Origin: Paraspadella gotoi
Taxonomy: Eukaryota; Animalia; Chaetognatha
DNA length: 64,000 bases
Reading direction: 5' to 3'
Assembly (NCBI GenBank): GCA_051294375.1
Contig: CM119265.1
Coordinates: 9,806,339-9,870,338, forward strand
The notes under the pieces are model-generated. The model was not told the origin of the DNA and searched no databases. It saw only the letters and a list, made by a program, of their open reading frames with translations. The position numbers and the translations under genes were made by a program. Positions 26,767-37,807 of the stretch are shown piece after piece (within the stretch, counting starts at the first letter, position 1; every line of letters begins with the position of its first letter).

Positions 26767-29300
26767 AATATATTGAAGAGTTTGTGTACAGAAAGCTCGG
26801 TTTTACTTTTTATGCTCGGCTTTGCTATACGATGTTTAGCCGATTGTTTCAGGTTTTTCTCGTTTTTAATAAAAAAAGAAGAAAAAAGAGAAAAAAAAAA
26901 TAGGAAAAGGTTTTGTTTACTATTTTTTTTTGGTTCCGTTTCCGGATTCCATTTTCAGGTTCCGAGTTTCTGTGTTGCGCTTCCGGTTTCTCTGTTCTAC
27001 TTCTTTTCGTCGTAATCGGAAATTCGGAGACATTTGGGGAGGAAGAGAGGAAAAGAGGAAGGAGGAAAAGGGTAAAAAAGAAAGGGAGGAAAGGTTGGTG
27101 GGAAAGTGAAAGGAGGAAAATTAAAGAAAATACTGAAAAATGAGATATTGGAAGATAAAAAAGTAATGTATATAAAATGAGGTCAATGGGGACAAACAGA
27201 TTGGAAACGAAATGTAAAAAAAAGTACGATGCGCTGTTTATTGTGATCCAAGCAAGAATCAGAATCGAAATGTATTGAATGTATGAAACGAATAAGACTT
27301 TGGGACAACTTAAATAGAGTAAAATGGTGTAAAATACTACAAAACTACATTTTAATGATTGAAAACAATTAAGTATTGCGACGAGAAAGGAGGATCTGAG
27401 AAAAACAATGAGAAAACCTAAAGTGGAAACAAAATTACATGTCGGAGGAAATTAGGGTTAGTCGATTTTGAAAGAAAGAAGACTGAGCAAGAGAGAGGCA
27501 AAAGTAAGGGAAGATTCGTGGCTTGGTCGGAAAAATCTTAAAAAGAAAAAAAAGAAAAGAAGAAACGAAGTGGCAAGGAAAAAGCCCGAGAAAACGGAGG
27601 CCGAGCGATCGTGAAAAGCGAAAGAGAGATGAAGAAGAGAGAAAAACAAAGAGGGAAAAGTCTATATTAAAGACCTGTAGTTGATGACGCCGTCGCTTCG
27701 ACCCGGCAAAGAGGCGATGGAAAGAGGAGAGGCAGAGATGAGGAGAAAGCGGGGGGAAGGGAGGAGAGAGAGAGGCGAAGGAGGGATGAAAGAGGGAGGG
27801 AAAGAGGGAAGAGGATGAGAAGAAATGGGGCGAAGTGGAGTCAGACCCGAAAAAGAGCTGATGAGAGAGAGAGGGAAGGAGGATGAAAGAGGGAAGGAAT
27901 AAAGACAAAAGAATGAAGAGAAAAGGAAAGAACAGAAGGATAAAAGATTAAAGAAAACCCTTAAAGAGAAAAAGAAAAACAGAAAAAAAAAGAAAGAAAG
28001 AAAGAAAGAAAGAAAGAAATAACGCAAAAAAGAAAGAAATAAAGAAAGAAAGAAAGAAAGAAAAAAAAAGAGAGAGAAGAGAGCAGGAGGAAGAAGAAGG
28101 AGAAAGAAAAGAAGCGGTCGGTGATGGAATTATGGCCGGACTAAATGGATGTTGTATTGACAAGAGGAACCGTAACTCAAGCGAATGGGCTCGAATCGAG
28201 GATGGGACGGGAAAAGGCGAGGGAGGGAGGAAAGGAAATAAGGGACGGGAGGAGAGGAGAATGGAGGGAAGGGGGTGGCGGAGGAAAGGAAAGGAGGGAG
28301 GAGGAAGAGAAGAAAGAAATGGGGAGAGGTAAGGGAATAAAAGATAGAAGGTAAGGGAGAAAAAGAAAAGGAAAGGGAGATGAAGAAGCGAGAAGGTGAG
28401 GACGTAAAAGAAAAAAGGCGTGAGGGAGTGAGGGAAAAAATAAGAAAGGAAAAAAGAAAAAAAAGAAAAAGAGAAAGAATGAAATGGAGAGAATAAGATG
28501 ATAGAAGTACGAGTTTGACATTGAATAACGACGGGAAAAAATCGAAGAGAGAAAAAAAAGGGAAGAAATGAATAATAAAATTAGAAAAAAAAAGAGAGAA
28601 AAAAAAAGAAGAAAAACGTCGAAGCGAAGAAGAGATTTTGAGGTTGAATAAGAAAGATGAGAAAAATTGAATTAAGGAGAGAAAAAAAAATAGAAAGGAG
28701 GAAATCAAGAAAAAATATGGAATGCAATTTAAGAAGCGGAGAATTATAGGAAGGGAATGAGAGAAAGAAAGTTATTATTTCTTTATATCAACGCAACGAA
28801 AAGAAAGCCAAAATACTACATATAAAATTTATAAAAAGATAAATAAATTTTGTAGCGAGCTTTGCCCAGGTTCACCACGCATCGAAATACCCGCTACAAA
28901 CTGCTATAAATAAAACGAAATCACTGGCAGTTCAACTTCTGCGGGAGTTAACTAGACTTTGATTCTTGATTAAAATCAGTTTACAATGATTGTACAAGAT
29001 TTCATAAAATACTTGAATGTCATCCACGTCATCGTATTCTTCGAGATCGTTTGCGCTATAGTCGTCACCATCGTCGTTGTCGTCACAATTATCGTCGTCG
29101 TCGGTTTTATCTTCGTCAAAAGGATCGTCATCGTCAGTCGCCTAAAAAACGTCATTGAAAATCGTCGGACGACGACGACGACGACGACGACAGAAAAAAA
29201 CGCCTTTAACGATGTTTACGAAATTGCAGTCGTCCGCTGAAGGCCCGGCATGCGCGATGACCCCCCCTCCCCACTCCTATGTCAGCCGCCGTTTTCACAA

Positions 29301-29490
29301 CCGAGGCAACCTCGTTCCCAGTTCCGAAGCAGCCTCGTTCCCTATTCCGAGGCAGCCTCGTTCCCAATTCAGAAGCAGCCTCGTTCCCAATTCAGAAGCA
29401 ACCTCGTTCCCAATTCCGAAGCAGCCTCGTTCCCAATTCCGAAGCAGCCTCGTTCCCAGTTCCGAAGCAGCCTCGTTCCCAATTCCGAGG
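29301..29490. repeat. 23-bp minisatellite, 8 copies (CCGAAGCAGCCTCGTTCCCAATT)
   Basis: Units start at 29301 + 23n up to 29462. This explains the repeated peptides in all three frames of the ORF track. Confidence 0.95.
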
Positions 29491-30382
29491 AAAGCCTCAA
29501 TCCGATCGCCTAACTACCCCACCGGTCCCCACCCTCTCTTCTTTTTTGATCTCCTCACTCCTTCCCCCTTGATTCCTCCCGTGATTTTCACCGATGGCCG
29601 ACCGCGGTCCTCGCAGTGGCCGCCACAGCTGCCGACGCCACTCTCGCCGCAGCCGCCGCCGCTCCCGCCGCCGCCGCCAATCGCATCGTTGTCGACGACA
29701 AAAACGGCGGCGAATGTTGTTTACGCTAATAGGTGGCGCTGGTCCATGGCGGGCGCCGGCGTCAGTGGCGGCGCTTTTAGTCTCGCCGAGATTCCAGAAT
29801 CGGCGCCGTCTTTGGACCGAGGAGAAAAAAAAAAAGAAGTAATGGAGGAAAAAAGCAAAGTTGTTGTTGTTGTTGTTATTGTTGTTGTTATCGTCGTTAC
29901 TGGAAATCCTCGTTCTCCTCGAAAAAGGAATAAATAAAAAATGAAATAAATAAAATGAGTAATATTAAATAGAAAAGAATTAAAAGTAAATGCTAACTTT
30001 TATTATTAAATTTAGAACGTTCGGCGACATTCAATCGTGTTTGAGAGGGTAAATTCAATAATATATAGAAAACTTCGCAGGCCAACATGCGTTCAGTACA
30101 AGACTTCAAGCAAAGCTAAATAATTATAATAATAAAAAAAGCTAGAAAACGAAATTTTGCCCCTAAAGCCGAAAGAACCACGAAACAATCATTTGTCTCC
30201 GTAAATCGTCAAATCTCGTTCAATTTCCTTTCCCTTTTGCTTTTTATGTATATATATTAAACATTTTGTTTACATTCCTAGTTTTCTCTTTATTCAAACT
30301 CCTCCGGTGCTCTTTTTTTTTTCTCCTCTTTTTTCCTTCTAATCTCTTGGGTCGTGAACGGGAAGATGGCCTGGATCGGAAA

Positions 30383-30416
<34 letters not shown>

Positions 30417-31079
30417 AAGCTGACCTCTTCTCTTTCTCCCTTTTTCTCAACACCTCTTCTTCCTCTCTCCCCCAACCGTCCCTCTTCTTCAAAAACCCAA
30501 TCTCGACGCCCGCGCCATCTGGTTTTGACCCGCGCCTTTTGCCCTCGTCCTAAATTCGAACCACGCCCTCTCGAGACTCTCCACGCGCTCGACGTGGGGG
30601 CCGGGCCACAAAAGGGTGGCGCCCTCTCCGCGCCGCTCGGGCCCGCGAGCAAATCTCGGTTCCATCGTGGATCCTGATCGCGAGGCGCCAACCGAGAAGA
30701 GCGCCACGCGGCGCTTTTTGCGTTCGGCGCCGTCCGGCGTCGTTCGCCGAGGCGCCACTTGGCGTAGGATTCGCGGGAGGAAGCAGATTTTTAACAGATC
30801 TTCACTCTCGCCTACTTCTAATAACAGTGTCAAATTATTTATCGTAAGAAATATGTATTTATTCCATTAGTAATTACACAAAGAAACCTTTGGACATCTG
30901 GGTTTGGAATTGATTTATGATAAATCCCGTTTTATGACTTATGATAAATCCCCTTTTATCATTTATTTTTCTTTTCTCACTTCGCATTTTTTTTATTCCA
31001 TTTTATTCGTCCTCGTTTTTTCGGTGGTTGGAAATTTTCTTGCGAGATTATCTTGTTTGCCAACTCTTTGGGGTTGTTT

Positions 31080-31110
<31 letters not shown>

Positions 31111-31199
31111 NNNNNNNNNNNNNNNNNNNNNNNNNTTTTCTCACACTCTTTTTGATAATTTTGTCTCATTTTTTCCCCGAATTGTAAATTTAATACCAA

Positions 31200-31522
31200 A
31201 CAAATATTATATTTATCTCAAGAATATATCATTTTTAATTTATAAAAAAATTTTTACAAAAAAAGATAAAAGAATTGTTGGCAGATTTTAGATATGGAAA
31301 AGTTAAGGAAAAGTGTGAGGACGGAAAAAAAAAAGAGAGGAGAGAAGAGAGAGAAAGGAGAGAGACAGATAGAGAGAGAGAGAGATTAGAGAGAGAGGAG
31401 AGGAGAGAGACAAAGAAAGAGGTGAATTTTTTAACGCGAAATTGAAAAAGATTAGAGAGGAAAATGAAAAAATTGATCTCCTCATAACAAACCGAGAAGA
31501 AACAGGAAAATAACCGAATTTT

Positions 31523-31602
<80 letters not shown>

Positions 31603-33497
31603 GAGAGAGAGAGAGAGCAGGATGATGTTGTGAGACAGACGGAAATCGGCCCTCGGCATTGATAATATCGTTTTTCTTTTTTTAGTGATACACTCTTTTC
31701 TTTATACCATTTTTTTGATGGCCAACTATTCATTGACAATCGGTGTTCAAAAAATATTAAGCACAATTTGATAATTAAATTAATGAATAAAATAATTTTC
31801 TTATTACTAATTACTTAAAAATAACTAACTAAGAATCACCTTAAAGGATCAAGAGCTTGCTTGGGGTCTTGTATTCGCCATCCGAAAAACATACTACAAG
31901 GACATTCATCGCAGAGGAATCGAACCTAAAAAGTCGGTAATCGGATCGGGCGACGCGAGAAGAAAATTACAAGAGACTCTCTCATTGGTCGAACGACAAA
32001 TGGCACCGAGCCAATGGTCAGCCGGGCTTCCATCCGGCGGGCAAAGTTTGCCCCGAGTCACGGATCCGATTCCCTTGTATAAATAGCTCTTGTTTTTCAT
32101 GGCGAGTCACTCTGTCTAAAAATTGACAACCATTTTCACTGTCTATTTTCTTGTAAATAAATCCACTTGGTTTCATCCAGAAATCCCTGTCTACTTACTT
32201 AAATGACTTAAAAAGTGCAATTTTTCTTTTCATAACATTTAAATAAAATTTCTTCAAACTGTGATGTTAATACATGTATTTATGCCAATAAGTATTTTTT
32301 TTATATCCCACGTTTTTTTAAAAAATACCTTCTTCTTTCTTCTTTCCTTTTCTCTTTTAATTTTCTTTTTTTTCTCTTTTCTTCATTCTATATTTTGCGC
32401 CGGTCGATGGGGGGATGAGGAGGGAGGACGGGGGCGGATGGGGTACTAGAGGGTTTTCGCCTCCGGGGTGAGACGAGCAAGGTCGAAGTTCAATATGCGG
32501 GCGGCCCGCAAAATGAAACAGAATTGGTCCGCCTTGATATGGCGGCGCAAACAACATAGAATGGGACCGAGTTGGAGCGGGCCGTAAAATAAATGGATGT
32601 GGGTCGAGGAAGTGTGAGCCGAGAGCAGTGTGGGCCATGGGGTGAGGGTTTTTTAAGTAGTGGTTCGAATTGGGTGTGGACCTATGGAGGGTTGGGGCCG
32701 TGGGCGAGCGGCGTGAAGATTTCCATAAGGAACTCGGATTCGCGACGAATGTTATTCTTCACGGGCAGAAACATGGGGAAGGAAAAAAGGACCTAAGAAG
32801 GGGAAAACCTTCTTCTCTCCTCTCCTCTTTCTCTATCTCTCTTTCTCTCTCTGTTACTTTTCTCCCAACTCACTCTCGCATTTCGGCACGCGCTTGCCTT
32901 TTACCGCAGGTGCGTCATTGCCGTTACACATGAAGGAGACGAAAGAACGATGAGAGAGGAGAGAGAGGAGAGCGAGAGAGAGAGAAGAGGAGAGAGAAGA
33001 GAGAGAGAGAGATAGATGTACATTAGATTTAAGTGAATAAAAATAGTATTCTTTAGGAGACGATGAATGTTTATTGTAATAGATCTCATAACCATTCAAA
33101 TGGAGGAGAAAAAGCAGTGTTTAATGTATATTAAGGGCGGGTCAAAATTGAACACTTTTATCACAAATATTATATTTATCTCAGAATATATCATTTTTAA
33201 TTTATAAAAAAATTTTTACAAAAAAAAGATAAAAGAATGTGTGGCAGATTTTAGATATGGAAAAGTTAAGGAAAAGTGAGACGGAAAAAAAAAGAGAGAG
33301 AGAGAGAGAGAAAGAGAGAGAAGATATGAGAGAGAGAGAGAAGAGACGAGAGCGAGAGGAGAGAGACAAAAAAGAGGTGAATTTTTTAACGCGAAATTGA
33401 AAAAGATTAGAGAGGAAAATGAAAAAATTGATCTCCTCATAACAAACCGAGAAGAAACAGGAAAATAACCGAATTTTAGAGAGAGAGAGAGAGAAAT

Positions 33498-33562
<65 letters not shown>

Positions 33563-34956
33563 TGTGAGACAGACGGAAATCGCCCTCGGCATTGATAATA
33601 TCGTTTTCCTTTTTTTAGTGATACACTCTTTTTTATACCATTTTTTGATGGCCAACTATTCATTGACAATCGGTGTTCAAAAAATATTAAGCACAATTTG
33701 ATAATTAAATTAATGAAATAAATAAATTTTCCTTATTACTAATTACTTAAAATAACTAACTAAGAATCACCTTAAAGGATCAAGAGCTTGCTTGGCTTCT
33801 TGTATTCGCCATCCGAAAAACATACTACAAGGACTTCATCGCAGAGGAATCGAACCTAAAAGTCGGAATCGGATCGGCGACGCGAGAAGAAATTACAAGA
33901 GACTCTCTCATTGGTCGAACGACAAATGGCACCGGCCAATGGTCAGCCGGGCTTCCATCCGGCGGGCAAAGTTGCCCGAGTCACGGATCCGATTCCCTTG
34001 TATAAATAGCTCTTGTTTTTCATGGCGAGTCACTCTGTCTAAAAATTGACACCATTTTCACTGTCTATTTTCTTGTAAATAAATCCACGTTGGTTTCACC
34101 CAGAAATCCCTGTCTACTTACTTAAATGACTTAAAAAGTGCAATTTTTCTTTTCATAACATTTAAATAAATTTCTTCAAACTGTGATGTTAATACATGTA
34201 TTTATGCCAATAAGTATTTTTTTTATATCCCACGTTTTTAAAAAATACCTTCTTCTTTCTTCTTTCCTTTTCTTTTTAATTTTCTTTTTTTTTCTCTTTT
34301 CTTCATTCTATATTTTGCGCCGGTCGATGGGGGATGAGGAGGGAGGACGGGGGCGGAATGGGGTAGAGGGTTTTCGCCTCCGGGGTGAGACGAGCAAGGT
34401 CGAGTCAATATGGGGCGGCGCCGCAAAATGAAACAGAATGGTCGCGCCTTGATGTGGCGGCGCAACAAAAGGATGGACCGAGTTGGAGCGGCGCCGAAAA
34501 AATGGGATGTGGGTCGAGGAAGTGTGAGCCGAGAGAGTGTGGGCCTATGGGGTGAGGGTTTTATTAAGTGTGGTTCGATGGTGTGGACCTATGGAGGGTT
34601 GGAGGGTGGGCGAGCGGCGGCTGAGATTCCATAAGGAAACTCGGATTCAGCGAGAATGTTATGCTTCACCGGGCAGAAACATGGGGAAGGAAAAAAGGAC
34701 CTAAGAAGGGAAAACCTTTCTCTCACTCTCTCTCTTTCTCTCTTTCTCTCTTTCTCTCTCTCNNNNNNNNNNNNNNNNNNNNNNNNNNNNNNNNNNNNNN
34801 NNNNNNNNNNNNNNNNNNNNNNNNNNNNNNNNNNNNNNNNNNNNNNNNNNNNNNNNNNNNNNNNNNNNNNNNNNNNNNNNNNNNNNNNNNNNNNNNNNNN
34901 NNNNNNNNNNNNNNNNNNNNNNNNNNNNNNNNNNNNNNNNNNNNNNNNNNNNNNNN

Positions 34957-34993
<37 letters not shown>

Positions 34994-35102
34994 TGTACAT
35001 TAGATTTAATGAAAATAAAAATATATTCTTTAGGAGACGTGATGTTTTTGTAAACTAGATTATAACCATTCAAATGGAGGAAAAACAGTGTTTAATGTAT
35101 AT
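31200..35102. repeat. Tandem ~1.95 kb duplication differing mainly by small indels (probable assembly artefact)
   Basis: 31200-33133 and 33163-35102 are collinear; differences are mostly 1-2 bp indels, as expected from long-read error. Confidence 0.8.
31984..32111 (+). promoter_or_regulatory. Candidate CCAAT-TATA-Inr Pol II promoter
   Basis: ATTGG (31984), CCAAT (32011), TATAAATA (32078-32085) and Inr-like TCACT whose A at 32109 lies 31 nt after the first T of the TATA box. A duplicate sits near 34001. Confidence 0.4.
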
Positions 35103-35419
35103 TCATGTTAAATCAAAAATTGGTTAAAACTAAAATAGGTAAAATAACCTCAAGTCAGCAATCTCACTATTTCATTATTCTCTGCAGAAACTTTCGTTGT
35201 CTGTTTGCTTAAGGCCACGTCATAGAAAAAATAGAAACTAATTCTCATGAGTTTCGAGTTTTTTGCAAAAACTGTTTACTTTCTGTGCTAACTAGAGTCG
35301 TCCACAGAAAATGACAAATTCCATAATTCAACTAAAAAATTTGTCAGCCTTCTGACGAAAAGAGAAGTAAAAAAAAAAAACGAAAAAGAGAAGAGAGAGA
35401 GAGAGAGAGAAGAGATGAG

Positions 35420-35465
<46 letters not shown>

Positions 35466-35848
35466 GAGAGAATAGAGAGAGGAGAGAGAAGTATAGTAAT
35501 CCTTGACGAAACTGCACTTCAAAAGTTGTAAAACGCTTCGGAGAATTTCCCGACATTTTTGAGGCTTTTTCATGGGCGGTTGAATTTCGAACGATTTCTG
35601 AGGGAGAAGGTTTTTCAAAATGAAAGGAGATAAGAGAGAGAGAGAGGAGGAGAGAAAAGAGAGAGGAGCTGGGTAGAGATAAGTGGGAGAGAGGGAAGGG
35701 AGAGAATACAGGATAAGAGGAAGATGAAGCATGAAATAGGAGAAGAGTAATATAAGTATGGAGAATGAAATTAAATAAAAAAAGGATGAAAATAGAAATA
35801 TAGAGAGAGAGGAGAGAGAGAGGAGAGAGAGAGAGAGGGAGAGAGAGA

Positions 35849-35917
<69 letters not shown>

Positions 35918-37140
35918 AGAAAGGGAGAGATACTGGAAGTAGAATGATATGAAAAGAAAAATGTGTCGGCGTTTCGTTGAAGATTATTTTGGGAGATTGA
36001 GAGATAGAGATAAAGATAGAGATAGAGAATGAGAGATAAAGATAAAGATAGAGAGATAAAGATAGAAATAGATGGAGAGATAGAGATAGAAAGAAAAGAT
36101 GGTTGTATGAAAATGAAATAAAGTGCCGCGGATGGAGTAGAGTGACGGATGCGCTGGGGAGGTCACGTGGTGGTTGGATGTTCTCAACGTTTCTCTTTAA
36201 CGTGAGCAAGAGTAAATAAAAGGCGGAAGGAGAAGATTTTACGAGTCTTTCGTTTTTTTGTTTGAGAAAAAGTCGTTTCGAGGTGGAGAAAACGCGAGAA
36301 GAAAAAGGCAGAATGAATGAATGAATGAATGAATGAATGAATGAATCAATAAATCAATCAATCAATGAATCAATCAATGAATCAATGAATAAATGAAACG
36401 AATGAATGAGTTAAGGCGGCTCAATCGTTTGATCTGCACGTCGAGAAAGAAAAGAAAGTATGAGTTAAAGGGAGAAAAATTCATATACTTCTATTTTTGG
36501 TTTTGTAAGTTAATAGTAACTAAATTGTTTAGATAAAAAAAGACAATCTTCACTCGCACCCACCAATTTACTTAACAATCGCTCTAGATTAAATTAAGTC
36601 GATCACCGACTTTAAAAATTGGATTTCTCGCTCAATTTTATAAATGGAAGTTAGAAATCATGAACAAACAATCTGAAAACGTCAAAACGCGTGAGATGGA
36701 ATACAATCCATTTAGATAAATATATTTACAATATTATATCTGGATTAACAAATTTCAAAACCTACGAACCAAACGAGAGCTTTTATTCAAATTCGATTTT
36801 TCTCACCAACGAAGTAAAAAACGCTGAATGTAGTCTGTAGTCTGTAAGTGTAACTGTAACTCTAAGTGTAAGTGTAACTCATTCAATACATTCAACACTA
36901 ATAAACTACACTGCATGTGCTCTTTGTCTCTGTTGCACTCTATCAGAAGGCTCTTGAATGAATTCGATCTAGAAACGAAGTTGCGCCTCTTCACTTTATA
37001 AATACTACCTATTCTTTTGTTTAACATCACCAGACGGATCACTCCTTTATAATTTCCATATTATTCTCTGACATAGATTCAGAAAATAACGATCTCAATT
37101 ATTCGTAATCATTTTGGGAATTCGGCGCAAGATAAATGGA

Positions 37141-37228
37141 ACCAACTCAGGTGCAGCGGATGTAGCCTCACTCTCTCCAAATCGAACCAACTCAGGTGCA
37201 GCAGAGGTAGCCTCACTCTCGCCAAATT
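37141..37228. repeat. Two-copy ~45 bp direct repeat
   Basis: ACCAACTCAGGTGCAGC..GTAGCCTCACTCTC.CCAAAT occurs twice in tandem. Confidence 0.85.
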
Positions 37229-37659
37229 AATCCGTATTACGATGATCAACGAGATTGATTTCGCATTGGATCTGACGCACTTTGGTTGTTGTTGTTGTTG
37301 TTGTCCTACAACCGAAAGATAAGGAAGAGGAAGAGGAAGAAACAATACATTGGGTCACGTGACTCGCCTCGCGATTAAATAGTTTTGTCACTCGTTGTAG
37401 GATATAAACATTAGTTTGGATGTCAATATTTACTTCGCAATTTTTCTGGAGATTAATCGGTGAATGGTATCGAGATCGACTTCGTTTATATTATAATATA
37501 ATATATAATATATATATAATATATATATATATAATATTTTATCAATATTTTCATGATTATCGTAAAAAATATATATATATTTAACAACAATTCTACTACT
37601 AATAAAATACAATAGTATTTGTATAATTTTCTTTCGTTTCGTTGCGTTTGAGAATTGAG

Positions 37660-37733
37660 ATTAGCGGAAAGGAATAAGATAATATTTAAATTATCGTTGT
37701 TGACAATACAAAATCTTATTCCTTTCCGCTAAT
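37660..37733. repeat. Perfect 21-bp inverted repeat with 32-nt spacer (mini-MITE or hairpin)
   Basis: ATTAGCGGAAAGGAATAAGAT (37660-37680) and ATCTTATTCCTTTCCGCTAAT (37713-37733). Confidence 0.9.
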
Positions 37734-37807
37734 ACAATAGTAATAATTAACAAATAATGATAATTAAAGAATGACTATTATCTTAACTTACAGATCGATA
37801 CTAAACA

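Noticed and set aside
29301-29490. CRISPR-like appearance of short repeats (also 44876-45199 and 49033-49300)
   Set aside because: Units are head-to-tail with no unique spacers, there are no cas genes, and the context is eukaryotic and partly intronic.
29155-29937. 260-aa ORF with repeated SEAASFPIPKQPRSQFRSSLVP peptide
   Set aside because: It arises from a 23-bp unit that is not a multiple of 3 and is open in all three frames, plus simple repeats; no sign of coding constraint.
35328-36209. 293-aa Leu/Ser-rich ORF and many similar SL/ER/KKER ORFs
   Set aside because: These are translations of (AG)n and (AAAG)n microsatellites.
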